Positions 38,188 through 48,711 of a stretch of 64,000 nt of DNA are shown here, in pieces (position 1 is the first letter of the stretch; every line of letters begins with the position of its first letter). This DNA is from Candidatus Omnitrophota bacterium. GTDB taxonomy: Bacteria > Omnitrophota > Gorgyraeia > B26-G9 > JBDRCZ01. Location of the stretch: assembly GCA_043821285.1 (NCBI GenBank), contig JBDRCZ010000043.1, forward strand, positions 2,903 through 66,902, read 5' to 3'. The position numbers and the translations under genes are program-made. Under the pieces are notes generated by a model, which had not been told where the DNA came from, made no database searches, and was given only the letters and a program-made list of their open reading frames with translations.

Positions 38188-39401
38188 AAATTGCATTTAT
38201 CGTAACGGAATTCCCGTCTTTGTCAGAAACATTTGTTCTAAATCAAATAACGGGTTTGGTAGACTTAGGACATGAAGTGGCGATATTTGCTTATATTAGG
38301 CCCCGTGATAAAGAAGTACATACTGATGTACAAACATATAATCTTTATAACCGCGTAACATATTTTAACATGCCTAAAAATAAAATAATGCGTATAATGA
38401 AAGCTTTCTGGTTATTTATTTTTAACTTTTACAAATGGCCAGTTGAAACATTAAAATCTCTAAACTTTATTCGATTTGGTAAAAGTACATGGAATTTAAC
38501 TTTATTTTATTGTCTGATGCCTTTTTTAGGCAGTTCATTTGACATAATCCATTGTCACTTTGGTCCTAACGGTATTATTGGTGCGGCACTTAAAGATATC
38601 GGAATCCAAGGCAAAATTGTCACAGTATTTCATGGCCGGGATTTGTCGACTTTTATTAGGGAGCAGGGACATTTTACATATAGAAATCTGTTTAAAAATG
38701 GAGACTTATTTTTACCGGTTAGCAATTACTGGGAAAAAAAGTTGATTAGCTTAAAAGGTAACAGTAAAAATATAAAAGTTCATCATATGGGGATAGATTT
38801 GGCTAAATTTGCTTTTAATACTAGAAGAATTTTTTCTAATGAAACAATAAAAATATTAACTATAGGAAGACTGGTAGAAAAGAAAGGATACAAATATTCT
38901 ATCCAAGCAATCGCCAGATTGTGCAGCAAATATAAAAATATCGAATATATAATAGCCGGGGAAGGACCGTTAAGAGCTAAGTTAGAAGCATTTGCAGAAA
39001 AATTAAATATTCAAAATCATATAAAATTTCTCGGGAGGCTCAGTCAAACCGAGATCATTAAACTATATGAAAAAGTTCATATATTTGTTCTCGCAAGCAT
39101 CACTGCCTCAGATTGTGACCAGGAGGGTATCCCGATAGTTTTGATGGAGGCTCAAGCAGCTGGCTTGCCGGTTGTTTCTACTCATTACAGCGGAATTTCA
39201 GAAGTGGTTTTAAACGGTAAATCAGGTTTTCTTGTGCCGGAAAAAGATCAAAATGCGTTGTCAGAAAAATTAAGTTATCTCATCGAACATCCAGATGAAT
39301 GGTCTGATATGGGAAAGGTTGGTCGGAGTCTTATTGCGAAATATTATAATATTAGAGAATTGAATGGACAGTTAGTAGAAACCTTTAAATCAATTTTATG
39401 A
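38184..39401 (+). CDS. Glycosyltransferase family 4 (WcaL-like)
   Basis: It has a GT-B C-terminal motif (EGIPIVLMEAQAAGLPVVST). Confidence 0.8.
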   Translation: MKIAFIVTEFPSLSETFVLNQITGLVDLGHEVAIFAYIRPRDKEVHTDVQTYNLYNRVTYFNMPKNKIMRIMKAFWLFIFNFYKWPVETLKSLNFIRFGKSTWNLTLFYCLMPFLGSSFDIIHCHFGPNGIIGAALKDIGIQGKIVTVFHGRDLSTFIREQGHFTYRNLFKNGDLFLPVSNYWEKKLISLKGNSKNIKVHHMGIDLAKFAFNTRRIFSNETIKILTIGRLVEKKGYKYSIQAIARLCSKYKNIEYIIAGEGPLRAKLEAFAEKLNIQNHIKFLGRLSQTEIIKLYEKVHIFVLASITASDCDQEGIPIVLMEAQAAGLPVVSTHYSGISEVVLNGKSGFLVPEKDQNALSEKLSYLIEHPDEWSDMGKVGRSLIAKYYNIRELNGQLVETFKSIL

Positions 39402-40174
39402 TTAATCATCAGTGGTATATACATAAAAAAATCAAAATGTTAATTAAAAAAATATTAAAAAATACAGCATTTTATCCGGTCCATATCGGGGAGTATATTA
39501 GAAAGTTGTATTTTTATAATTATCTGCATCGATTACCAATTAAAAATATTACCAATGTGCTTGATGCCGGCTGTGGAGACGGAACATATGCTCTATGGAT
39601 GGCACATGCCTTTCCGTGGCTTCAGGTAACGGGTATTGATATTATGCCCCCAGGGTTTCAAGGAAAAAAAACACAAAACTGTCATTTCCGATATGGTGAC
39701 CTCACAAAGTTAGATGATAAGTATAAATATGATTTTATTTATTGTATTGACGTTTTAGAACATATTCCGGGTAATTTTAATGTATTAAAACGTATGTTTA
39801 ATAGCTTAAAACCAGATGGTTACCTTTATATTCATATGCCAACTAAGGATAATCAACGTATGTTTCCCAAAAGATATTTTGAAGAATTTGATAATCGAAT
39901 GTCTAAAGAACATATTGGTGAACAGTATCAGCAAAAAGAAATTATTGATATCTTAAAATCAATTGGGTTCAATATTCTTTTATCAAAACAAACTATGGGT
40001 TTTTATGGTAAAATAGCCTGGGAAATTGACCGGATTATTGATAATCAAAAAAGCATTAAAGTATTACTTATGCCGATATTAAAAATTCTTTCCCATTTTG
40101 AGCTTTATGCTCCGAAAATCGGCGGGAATGGAATATTGGTTATTGGCAAAAAACCATATAACAAAAATGAATAA
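39398..40174 (+). CDS. Class I SAM-dependent methyltransferase
   Basis: It has motif I (VLDAGCGDGTYA). Confidence 0.65.
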   Translation: MINHQWYIHKKIKMLIKKILKNTAFYPVHIGEYIRKLYFYNYLHRLPIKNITNVLDAGCGDGTYALWMAHAFPWLQVTGIDIMPPGFQGKKTQNCHFRYGDLTKLDDKYKYDFIYCIDVLEHIPGNFNVLKRMFNSLKPDGYLYIHMPTKDNQRMFPKRYFEEFDNRMSKEHIGEQYQQKEIIDILKSIGFNILLSKQTMGFYGKIAWEIDRIIDNQKSIKVLLMPILKILSHFELYAPKIGGNGILVIGKKPYNKNE

Positions 40175-41108
40175 ATTAAACAAACCGGCTGTTAGTGTAA
40201 TTATCCCGACTTATAATCGGGCAAATTTATTATGCCGGGCATTGAAAAGTGTGCTTAACCAGACATATCAGGATTTTGAAGTGCTGATTATCGATGATTG
40301 TTCGACAGATGATACTACAAGGATTGTGAAGAGTGTTAATGATAAAAGACTTGCCTATATTTATCTTAATGAGCAAAGCGGAGCAGCACATGCACGAAAT
40401 ATCGGCATAAAGCATTCACGGGGTGAGTTTATTGCGTTTCAAGATAGTGATGATGAATGGACAGCAGAAAAATTACAAGAACAAATGGATGTTATCCAGC
40501 ATTCATCCGCAGTTGTCGGGGTGGTTTATTCAGCATTTTACAGAATAGAGGGCGATAAGACCAGCTATATTTGTTTTCCAGAAATAAAAAAGAAAGAAGG
40601 GAATATCCATTCTACAATCTTAAGAAAAAATTTTATTGATACCACCACCGTGCTTGTCCGCAAGATTTGTTTCGAAAAATCAGGACTGTTTGACAGATCT
40701 CTGCCGCGTCTGCAGGATTGGGAATTATGGATCAGGGTATCCCAACATTACCATTTTAAATATATAACCGAACCGTTAGTAAAGGCTTACTGTACAGCCG
40801 GGGGTATTTCTGCTAATGATGTCGCCTATCATACGGCACGCGAGATTATATTTAAAAAACACTTTGCTGAGATTCGGCAGCATCCCGCATTGCTTGCAGA
40901 AAATTATTATTATTTTGGCAACAACTTATGCTTAGAGGGAGAGATAAACAGCGGAAGGTCTTACATCATCAAAGCATTAAAAATAAAACCTTTGAATCTT
41001 AAAATCCTGATTGCTGTTTTTTTAGTGCTGTATATGCCGGAAAAATATGCGCAGATGATAAAGGCTTTAAGATACTTTTGGGACAGATTAAACTTTTTGC
41101 GCAACTAA
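40167..41108 (+). CDS. Glycosyltransferase family 2
   Basis: It has VSVIIPTYNRANLL...IIDDCSTDDT. The likely start is the internal ATG at 40167, whereas the track ORF starts at 40098. Confidence 0.8.
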   Translation: MNKLNKPAVSVIIPTYNRANLLCRALKSVLNQTYQDFEVLIIDDCSTDDTTRIVKSVNDKRLAYIYLNEQSGAAHARNIGIKHSRGEFIAFQDSDDEWTAEKLQEQMDVIQHSSAVVGVVYSAFYRIEGDKTSYICFPEIKKKEGNIHSTILRKNFIDTTTVLVRKICFEKSGLFDRSLPRLQDWELWIRVSQHYHFKYITEPLVKAYCTAGGISANDVAYHTAREIIFKKHFAEIRQHPALLAENYYYFGNNLCLEGEINSGRSYIIKALKIKPLNLKILIAVFLVLYMPEKYAQMIKALRYFWDRLNFLRN

Positions 41109-41132
41109 ACGTATAATGGATGATAAATAACA

Positions 41133-42068
41133 ATGAAAACAGAGAATAATCGCAATTGTGAGCTGATAGATATTTCATTTATAATCATAAATTATAATAC
41201 TGGCACGCTGCTGAAAAATTGTATTGCATCTATTTATAATTGTTGTAAGAATATATCATTTGAAATTTTGGTCGTGGATAATGCCTCGGAAGATGAAAGT
41301 ATCTTAATGGTCAAAAAAAATTTTTCAATGGTTACAATCGTAGAAAATAATAAAAATGTAGGTTTTTCCAAGGCAAATAACCAGGCGATCCAGCAAAGTA
41401 AAGGCAGCTACCTGTTTTTGCTTAATCCGGACACAAAGATTATTGCTGCAAACATGAATAATTTAATTGAATTTATGGATAAAAACAGCGGTATTGGTGC
41501 AGTAGGAGCTGCCTTATTAAACCAGGACGGAACCCCTCAGCCTTCTTGCCGCCAACTGCCTTCATTAAAGAGCATATTTTGGAAAACATTATTGCTGGAT
41601 AGTAAAAATTTTCAGCAAACTACATTTGACTTTCCTCAGGAAATAGAACAGCCTATGGGAGCAGCCATTGTTGTCAGAAGGATGGCTCTGGATAAAATCG
41701 GCTTGTTCGATGAACAATTTTTTTTGTATTATGAAGAAGTCGATTTATGTAAACGTCTGAAAGATGCCGGCTGGAAAATATATTTTTACCCCGAAATAAA
41801 AATTATTCATTATGGGTGTATTTCTTCATTTCAGTTTTTTTCTAAAAATATCGTTGAAAATTATCGAAGTCTTTATAAATATTTTCATAAGCATTACCAT
41901 CATTGTTGTCTGCCAGTCTTAAAACTGCTTACCTCCGCAGGGATTGCGATAAAAATTATGATGCTTGCTGTTGCCGTGATAATTCATTCAGGAAATAAGA
42001 ATAAAAAAGCATATACTATGCGTTTTAAAGGATATAGCGCGCTGTTTATAAAAAATATTTTTTTATAA
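41133..42068 (+). CDS. Glycosyltransferase family 2 (rhamnosyltransferase-like)
   Basis: It has ISFIIINYNTG...VVDNASEDE and a C-terminal transmembrane helix. Confidence 0.75.
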   Translation: MKTENNRNCELIDISFIIINYNTGTLLKNCIASIYNCCKNISFEILVVDNASEDESILMVKKNFSMVTIVENNKNVGFSKANNQAIQQSKGSYLFLLNPDTKIIAANMNNLIEFMDKNSGIGAVGAALLNQDGTPQPSCRQLPSLKSIFWKTLLLDSKNFQQTTFDFPQEIEQPMGAAIVVRRMALDKIGLFDEQFFLYYEEVDLCKRLKDAGWKIYFYPEIKIIHYGCISSFQFFSKNIVENYRSLYKYFHKHYHHCCLPVLKLLTSAGIAIKIMMLAVAVIIHSGNKNKKAYTMRFKGYSALFIKNIFL

Positions 42069-42075
42069 CAAAATA

Positions 42076-43149
42076 ATGAAAAAAATACTTTTTTTAACAC
42101 AGACCGGCGTAAAAGGCCCGGCAAGCCGTTACCGGGCTTATCAGTTTCTTGATTACCTTAGGCGAAACGGCTTTTACTGCCAGGTATCCGCAGCAATAGA
42201 AGATAGCTGTTTTGATTTGTTTTATTCTCAGGAAAAGCCAAGATTATTAAAAAAACTGCTAACTGTTTTTCTGAAAAGACTAAAGGATTTTAACAAAATA
42301 AAAGATTATGACATTATTTTTCTGCAGCGAGAAGTTTTGCCGCAAGTATATCCGGTTATTGAAAGAATTATTTATTTAATGAATAAAAAAATAATTTTCG
42401 ATTTTGATGATGCCATATTTTTAATCCCCCCGCAAAGAAAAAGTGTAATATACGATTTCCGATATAAGAATAATATAAAAGAAATTATAAAAATGAGCAC
42501 GGCGGTTATTGCCGGTAATGATTATTTAGCAGATTATGCCAAGCAGTATAATCAAAATGTTTACATGCTTCCCACTGTTGTTGATAGCGATAAATTTGAT
42601 GATTATAAAAAACGTTATGTCTGGAAAGAGCGCATGATAATTGGCTGGATTGGTTCTTTGCATACGCTTTTTTACCTGGCTAATATTAAAGATGTATTTA
42701 AAAAATTGAACCGCAAATATAAAATATCCCTGCATGTCATCGGTGTGACAAACTTTTTTATTGATGAGGTAGAGGTTATAAATAAACCGTGGAGCTTGGA
42801 AACTGAACTTTTTGATCTGAAACAAATTGATATTGGGGTTGCCCCGTTATTAGATGATGAATGGGGAAGAGGGAAATGTGGCTTGAAGGCATTGCAATAT
42901 ATGTCCGGTGGTATTCCGGTGGTATGTTCAAACGCCGGGGTATATAAAAAAATTATTAAAGATGGTGATAATGGATTTTTGGCAGATAATGAAGAACAAT
43001 GGATTGAAAAATTGTCCATTTTAATAACAAATACAAATATGAGAAAAAAAATGGCATCAGCTGCCCGAAAAACAATTGAAGAAAAATATTCCTTAAAAGT
43101 TAATGCGCCTAAACTGAGATTAATTTTAGAAAAAGTTTCTTCAGGATAG
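42076..43149 (+). CDS. Glycosyltransferase, GT-B fold (group 1-like)
   Basis: The C-terminal half has a GT1-like sugar-donor region (GLKALQYMSGGIPVVCSNAGV). Confidence 0.5.
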   Translation: MKKILFLTQTGVKGPASRYRAYQFLDYLRRNGFYCQVSAAIEDSCFDLFYSQEKPRLLKKLLTVFLKRLKDFNKIKDYDIIFLQREVLPQVYPVIERIIYLMNKKIIFDFDDAIFLIPPQRKSVIYDFRYKNNIKEIIKMSTAVIAGNDYLADYAKQYNQNVYMLPTVVDSDKFDDYKKRYVWKERMIIGWIGSLHTLFYLANIKDVFKKLNRKYKISLHVIGVTNFFIDEVEVINKPWSLETELFDLKQIDIGVAPLLDDEWGRGKCGLKALQYMSGGIPVVCSNAGVYKKIIKDGDNGFLADNEEQWIEKLSILITNTNMRKKMASAARKTIEEKYSLKVNAPKLRLILEKVSSG

Positions 43150-43249
43150 GTAAAATTGTTTGAACAATATTGCCTAAAATATTTTTTAACAAAGATGAAT
43201 AATTGACGCGGGATGATATTTATTGTAAGATATCCTAAAGAGGCTGATT

Positions 43250-43690
43250 ATGATCGATATAAAAACCGAGCGCATTTGTGCGTATCTGAAGTCCTGTAAA
43301 GAAGTATTAGCTGCTTATTTTTATGGTTCTTATATAAATGGCCGGGCCGGAAAAGGCAGTGATTTAGATATTGCACTTTTGTTTTTGCCAGGGGGAAAAA
43401 TAACTAATATAAGCGATAAAGAGATTAAATATGCATTAAGTATTGAAAAAAAACTGGAGCATGTAGAGGCAGATGTGAAAATTATTAATTCCGCCCCGCT
43501 TTTTTTTCAGTATAAAATTATCTCTGAAGGAAAATTAATCTTTTGCCGGGATAATTATTTGCGTATAAAATATGAAATTAGAACAACAATTGAGTATTTT
43601 GACTTCAAGCCATTTTTAGATTACTATAACCAATGTATGTACCAAAATATAAAGGAGGGTTACCGTGGTTTTAGATCTTCCCGCGATTAA
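43250..43690 (+). CDS. mntA: Minimal nucleotidyltransferase (MntA-type antitoxin)
   Basis: It has the motif GSYINGRAGKGSDLDIALLF. It overlaps the downstream hepT. Confidence 0.75.
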   Translation: MIDIKTERICAYLKSCKEVLAAYFYGSYINGRAGKGSDLDIALLFLPGGKITNISDKEIKYALSIEKKLEHVEADVKIINSAPLFFQYKIISEGKLIFCRDNYLRIKYEIRTTIEYFDFKPFLDYYNQCMYQNIKEGYRGFRSSRD

Positions 43691-44102
43691 TAAACATTTG
43701 GAACTATTAAGAGGATATGTTGCTGATATTATCGAAATGAAACGAGAGGTAACATTAGATGAGCTGAAAAAAGATAAGCATAAACAGTATCAAATATTAT
43801 TTCCTTTACAGGTGGCTATCCAATCCTGCATAGATATTGCGATGCATTTTATTGCAGAGTTATCTTTAAAAAGACCAGAAACCAATAGTGAAATATTTTT
43901 TATTTTAAGTCAAGAAAAAATTGTACTAAAAGATTTAGCCGAAAGAATGACGGCGATGGTAAAATTTAGAAATTTATTGGTTCATATTTATTGGAAGATA
44001 GATCTCGATAAAGTTTATGCAATACTTCAAGATGGTCTTGATGATTTTACTAAATTTGAAAAAGCGGTCGTAAGATTTCTCGAATCTAAAGATAAACTAT
44101 AG
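43665..44102 (+). CDS. hepT: HepT/DUF86 HEPN-family toxin
   Basis: It has the DUF86 motif RNLLVHIYWKID (Rx4HxY). Confidence 0.75.
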   Translation: MVLDLPAINKHLELLRGYVADIIEMKREVTLDELKKDKHKQYQILFPLQVAIQSCIDIAMHFIAELSLKRPETNSEIFFILSQEKIVLKDLAERMTAMVKFRNLLVHIYWKIDLDKVYAILQDGLDDFTKFEKAVVRFLESKDKL

Positions 44103-44211
44103 GATGTTTACTACTCAAGGATTAGCACTCTGTATGCATGACCTATTTATAAAAACAGGAAACAAATTCCTGTTTTTATGATTTTTACGCTACAAAAATA
44201 ATTGTTTTTTT

Positions 44212-44270
44212 AACCACTTTTTCTTTGTAAAAGAAAAGGTGGTTGACAAATTAGTGCCGAAGGCAATAAT
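44212..44270 (+). promoter_or_regulatory. Double-hairpin leader element, copy 1 (aaccactttttctttgtaaaagaaaaggtggtt plus ttagtgccgaaggcaataa), ending at the asnB ATG
   Basis: Both palindromes were read directly. The second overlaps the putative GAAGG RBS. Confidence 0.5.
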
Positions 44271-44273
44271 TTT

Positions 44274-46163
44274 ATGTGCGGAATATGCGGAATAGTTAAT
44301 TTCGACGGAAGACCGGTTGATAAAATCATGTTGCAGCGCATGACAAATACTTTAATTCATCGTGGTCCGGATGAAGAGGGGTATTTTTATGACCAAAGTA
44401 ATCGCATTTCTTGCGGGCTGGGACACCGCCGGCTCTCAATTATCGATCTTAATACCGGCCGGCAGCCAATCCACAATGAAGACCAAACGATCTGGATTGT
44501 GTTTAACGGAGAGATTTATAATTTTCAGGAATTAAAAATAAATTTATTAAAACAGGGACATCGTTTTTATACCAAGACAGATACAGAAGTAATTATTCAT
44601 CTTTATGAAGAGTATGGGACAAAATTGCTAAAATTTTTGCGTGGGATGTTTGCCTTTGCTATTTGGGATAAAAAACAACCGCGGCTTTTTTTGGCCCGTG
44701 ACCGCCTGGGTAAAAAGCCCCTTAATTATTATTTAGATGATAAACGCATTATTTTTGCATCGGAAATAAAGGCAATATCAGCCGCGGATAATGTTGAGCG
44801 CCGTGTTGATGTCGAGGCAATGCATTATTATTTAACTTACCAGTATGTACCGGCACCCTATACAATGTTTGAAGGGATTAAAAAAATTCTGCCGGCACAT
44901 TATCTGCTTTGGGATAAAAATAACTTAACCATCCAGCGCTATTGGCAGGTAGATTTCACCCATAAACAGAGGTCAAATAAAGACAGAATTGGTGAAGAAT
45001 TATTAAACAATCTAAAAGAAGCGACAAAACTACGCCTGATTAGTGATGTGCCTCTGGGTGTCTTTTTAAGCGGGGGAATGGATTCAAGTGCCGTGGTTGC
45101 TTTGATGGCAAGTTTAGGTGTGTCAGAGATTAAAACATTCTCAATCGGGTTTGAAGAAAAAGAATATGATGAGTTAAGGTTTGCCCGCATTGTGGCTGAA
45201 CGCTTTAATTGTGAACATCACGAATTCCGGGTTGAACCCAAGATTATTGAAATTTTGCCAAAACTTATCTGGCATTATAATGAGCCGTTTGGTGATTATT
45301 CCTGTATTCCCACATATTGCGTAGCCAAGATGGCGCGTGATTTTGTAAAAGTAGTTTTAACCGGTGACGGCGGAGATGAATCGTTTGCCGGATATTTGCG
45401 CTATGCGATATTTAAATGGACAAAATTTTTAGATTATTTGCCGCAGTCTTTGTTAAAAATAATTAGTTCTCTCGGCAATATCCTCGGTCCTTCACCTGAG
45501 ATGCGCACGAACATATGGCAGATTAAACGATTTTTAAAATTTATGACGGAAAGAGGCGTACGGCAATATGGTAATTGGATGTGTGGTTTTGAAACAAAAG
45601 AAAAAGCAATGCTTTATCATCCAGATATTTTAGCAGATATAGAGACCGTAGATCCATTAGCGCTGATCGAGGATGTTTATGCCCGAAGCAAGGCGAATAA
45701 TCCTCTTGCTAAAATTATCGCAACCGATTTAGTTACTTATCTGCCGAATGACCTGTTGGTCAAGATGGACATTGCAACAATGGCAAATTCAATTGAAGCG
45801 CGATCTCCCTTTCTCGATTATCAGGTTGTTGAGTTTGCTGCAACAATTTCTGGTAATGAAAAGCTAAAGGGAATTTCAGGAAAATTAATATTAAAAAAAA
45901 TATTTAAAGGTATTTTACCCGATGAAATTATAACCCGCGGCAAACGAGGATTCGGTGTGCCGATCGGGAAATGGTTCAGGGGAAATTTAAAAAAATATCT
46001 TTTAGAGGTAATGAATTCTTCCTTGCTGGTAAAAGATAATTTTTTAAATCAAAAATTTATTGATGCGATTATTAATAAACATTTAGACGGAGAAAATGAT
46101 TATGGATATAAGTTATGGCTTCTGCTAAACTTAGAATTGTGGTATAATCAGTTTATTGTATAA
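44274..46163 (+). CDS. asnB: Asparagine synthase (glutamine-hydrolysing) family amidotransferase
   Basis: It has the N-terminal nucleophile MCGICGI and a PP-loop (SGGMDSS). Confidence 0.9.
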   Translation: MCGICGIVNFDGRPVDKIMLQRMTNTLIHRGPDEEGYFYDQSNRISCGLGHRRLSIIDLNTGRQPIHNEDQTIWIVFNGEIYNFQELKINLLKQGHRFYTKTDTEVIIHLYEEYGTKLLKFLRGMFAFAIWDKKQPRLFLARDRLGKKPLNYYLDDKRIIFASEIKAISAADNVERRVDVEAMHYYLTYQYVPAPYTMFEGIKKILPAHYLLWDKNNLTIQRYWQVDFTHKQRSNKDRIGEELLNNLKEATKLRLISDVPLGVFLSGGMDSSAVVALMASLGVSEIKTFSIGFEEKEYDELRFARIVAERFNCEHHEFRVEPKIIEILPKLIWHYNEPFGDYSCIPTYCVAKMARDFVKVVLTGDGGDESFAGYLRYAIFKWTKFLDYLPQSLLKIISSLGNILGPSPEMRTNIWQIKRFLKFMTERGVRQYGNWMCGFETKEKAMLYHPDILADIETVDPLALIEDVYARSKANNPLAKIIATDLVTYLPNDLLVKMDIATMANSIEARSPFLDYQVVEFAATISGNEKLKGISGKLILKKIFKGILPDEIITRGKRGFGVPIGKWFRGNLKKYLLEVMNSSLLVKDNFLNQKFIDAIINKHLDGENDYGYKLWLLLNLELWYNQFIV

Positions 46164-46165
46164 AT

Positions 46166-46206
46166 AATAACCAATGTTCCACCTACGCGGTGGAACATTG
46201 GTTATT
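46166..46206 (+). terminator. Perfect 18-bp stem hairpin directly after the asnB stop
   Basis: The sequence is aataaccaatgttccacc-tacgc-ggtggaacattggttatt. No clear U-tract follows it. Confidence 0.45.
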
Positions 46207-46227
46207 AAAGGCAATTGAGAGTTTTAT

Positions 46228-46295
46228 TTTCTTTTGGCTTACCTTTTCTTTTTATAAGAAAAGGTATGTGCTAAATTAATAACGAAGGAATAAGC
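46228..46295 (+). promoter_or_regulatory. Double-hairpin leader element, copy 2 (accttttctttttataagaaaaggt ... cgaaggaataa)
   Basis: It aligns with the copies at 44212 and 55191. Confidence 0.45.
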
Positions 46296-46394
46296 TTAAT
46301 ATCTACCACAAAGATTGGTGGATTAAATTCGTACAGATAAGTTATGCCGCTTTACAGCGTCAGAACTTATGTACTCATTTAAGGCAGTAATTTA

Positions 46395-47519
46395 ATGGAT
46401 ATTATACAAAAATTATCTTTATTAAAAAAAATCCGCGAAATAAAAATTAAATATAAGCATAAACAGCCGGCGGTTCCTTACAAGCTTGCGCTTTCTGTTA
46501 CCAATCAATGTAACTGCCATTGTCAAATTTGTCATGTCTGGCAAATATATCAAAAGCAGCCAGCGTTAGTTACTCGGGAAATGGGCGTTTTGGAATATGA
46601 AAAATTTTTTAAAAAAAATAGTGGTAATTTTTTTTGGATCGCCATTACCGGCGGAGAGCCGTTTTTAAGAGATGATTTTGCCGATATCTTGAATGTTATT
46701 TTTAGAAACTCGCGAAATTTAATCCTGCTCAGCATTGTCAGCAATGGGATTTTGACTGATAAGATTGGTTCGATTATTAAAAAAATAGCCGCTAATAATC
46801 CTCAAAACAGGATTTATATTGTTATAAGTATTGACGGTGATGAAAAGACACATGAGTCATTGCGAGGGATAAAAGGCATTTATGCACAGATACTTGAAAC
46901 AATTAGAAATCTTGAACTGATTGAACAGAAATATAAAAATATTAAGCTGCGGCTGGAAACAACTATTTCTCGTTACAATCTTCATCAGATTGATGATTTA
47001 TTAAAGTCAGAGTTAGTTAATAAGTACGATATCTCATTTGCTTTTGCCCAGGAATCAGAACGTTATTTTAATCAAGGTCAGCACATAGCATTACAGAAAA
47101 AAAACCGGCATGATTTAGATGAGATATTAAGAAAAATTTTAAATAGGACTAGGCGGTACTCCCCGGAATATCTAATCATGCGAAAATTTTATCAATTAAC
47201 TTTTGATTTTTTTAGTAACCCGGGCAAACAGGTAATTCCCTGTTATTCTTCCTGGGCATCTTTATATCTGGGACCATGGGGAGAAATTAGACCATGTGTA
47301 ATGATGCCCGAAGTAGTAAATATTAGAGATTATGAATATGATCTGGTTAAAATCATAAAGACAAAAAGATGGCCGGTGGTACAAAATATTATTCGTGAAG
47401 ACACCTGCCCGCATTGCTGGACACCCTGTGAGGCAATGCAGACAATTATTCAGCATGCGCCAAAAATATTTTTTAATCCAAAAATTTGGGTTAAAAAGAT
47501 AATATCAAAAGTTTCCTGA
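46395..47519 (+). CDS. Radical SAM protein with a SPASM/twitch C-terminal domain
   Basis: It has CNCHCQIC (CxxxCxxC) near the N-terminus and C-terminal Cys motifs (PCYSSWAS...RPCVMM...DTCPHCWTPCEAM). Confidence 0.8.
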   Translation: MDIIQKLSLLKKIREIKIKYKHKQPAVPYKLALSVTNQCNCHCQICHVWQIYQKQPALVTREMGVLEYEKFFKKNSGNFFWIAITGGEPFLRDDFADILNVIFRNSRNLILLSIVSNGILTDKIGSIIKKIAANNPQNRIYIVISIDGDEKTHESLRGIKGIYAQILETIRNLELIEQKYKNIKLRLETTISRYNLHQIDDLLKSELVNKYDISFAFAQESERYFNQGQHIALQKKNRHDLDEILRKILNRTRRYSPEYLIMRKFYQLTFDFFSNPGKQVIPCYSSWASLYLGPWGEIRPCVMMPEVVNIRDYEYDLVKIIKTKRWPVVQNIIREDTCPHCWTPCEAMQTIIQHAPKIFFNPKIWVKKIISKVS

Positions 47520-47687
47520 AAGAACAGAAGTCACCCACAGATTATGCAACTAGTTAACCTTAAAGAAATAAAGCCACGGATTAACACTGATTGGGCATGG
47601 ATAAAAAAAGGCGTGACTAAAAATATTTAACTACGAATAACACAAATTAACATGGACGGAGAAAGATTTATTATAATTTGAACATTA

Positions 47688-47724
47688 AAATCTGTGTTTC
47701 ATCTGTGTAAATCCGTGGCTGCTT
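47688..47724 (+). promoter_or_regulatory. Three phased heptamer repeats ATCTGTG-N4-ATCTGTG-N3-ATCCGTG followed by GCTGCTT, 7 nt upstream of the ATG
   Basis: Seen directly. The same module occurs at 2538-2556, 16970-16996, 62484-62504 and 1181-1201 (reverse orientation). Confidence 0.6.
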
Positions 47725-47730
47725 AAAAAT

Positions 47731-48711
47731 ATGAAAGTTAGCGTTATAATTCCTATATCTGAAAAAGTAAAGCACATAAAAACTTTAGACTATTTACAAC
47801 AGTTAAATTATCCGTGTAATCAGATAGAGATTATCGTTGTAAAGGGGAGTAATCCCGGCCGTCAGAGAAATGCTGCGGTAAACTATGCAAATGGTGATTT
47901 GCTTTGTTTTTTTGATGACGACCTTATTTTTGATAAAAATATTTTAAGCAAAGCGGTGCACTATTTTAAAGATTCCGAGATTTGCGGTATGGGCGGGCCG
48001 TCATTGATCGAAAAGGGCGGTAATTTTTTTCAACAAATGGTTGGGATAGTATATGCCAGCTTTTTTGGTACATGGGATGTGCGCTACCGGCATAAGGCAA
48101 TTGGCAATAAGGTTATTGCGGCAAATGAGGCAATGCTTATTTTATGTAATTTTTTAATCCAGAGAGATGTTTTTTTAAAAGAGGGAGGATTTGATCGAAG
48201 GTTTTTTGCTAATGAGGAAAATGAATTTATGAATCGCCTTATTTTAAAAGGATATAGACTATTATATAACCCTAATCTTAAAGTATATAGAAGCTATCGT
48301 AAAAATATTTGGGAATTTATGAAAGGGATTTGCCGGGATGCACGGGGGAGGGTTGATCATTACTTTGCCGTACCTAAGTTTATTCAGCTTAAGTTTTTTA
48401 TCCCATTTTTATTTGAACTGTATCTCGTAAGTTTAATTTTCATTTATCCATTCTGGTATTTTTTACCGATTTTTATTTATACCATATTGCTGTTTGTGGT
48501 AAGTTGCTGTGAGGCATTGATAAGACGTAACCTGAAAGCGTTTTTTTATCTAATCGTTCTTTTTCCGGTAATGCATATTGCTTATGGTACCGGCAGCGGA
48601 TACGGTTTATTAAAAAATATTCTGAAGGCAAAGTACCCGGTAAAAGATACACCCAAAATTACAATGCATAAAAAATTTGCAGACCCATGGCCGAAAATAA
48701 ACCATTTTTAA
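47731..48711 (+). CDS. Glycosyltransferase family 2 with C-terminal transmembrane helices
   Basis: It has VSVIIPISEK...CFFDDD and a hydrophobic C-terminus. Confidence 0.7.
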   Translation: MKVSVIIPISEKVKHIKTLDYLQQLNYPCNQIEIIVVKGSNPGRQRNAAVNYANGDLLCFFDDDLIFDKNILSKAVHYFKDSEICGMGGPSLIEKGGNFFQQMVGIVYASFFGTWDVRYRHKAIGNKVIAANEAMLILCNFLIQRDVFLKEGGFDRRFFANEENEFMNRLILKGYRLLYNPNLKVYRSYRKNIWEFMKGICRDARGRVDHYFAVPKFIQLKFFIPFLFELYLVSLIFIYPFWYFLPIFIYTILLFVVSCCEALIRRNLKAFFYLIVLFPVMHIAYGTGSGYGLLKNILKAKYPVKDTPKITMHKKFADPWPKINHF

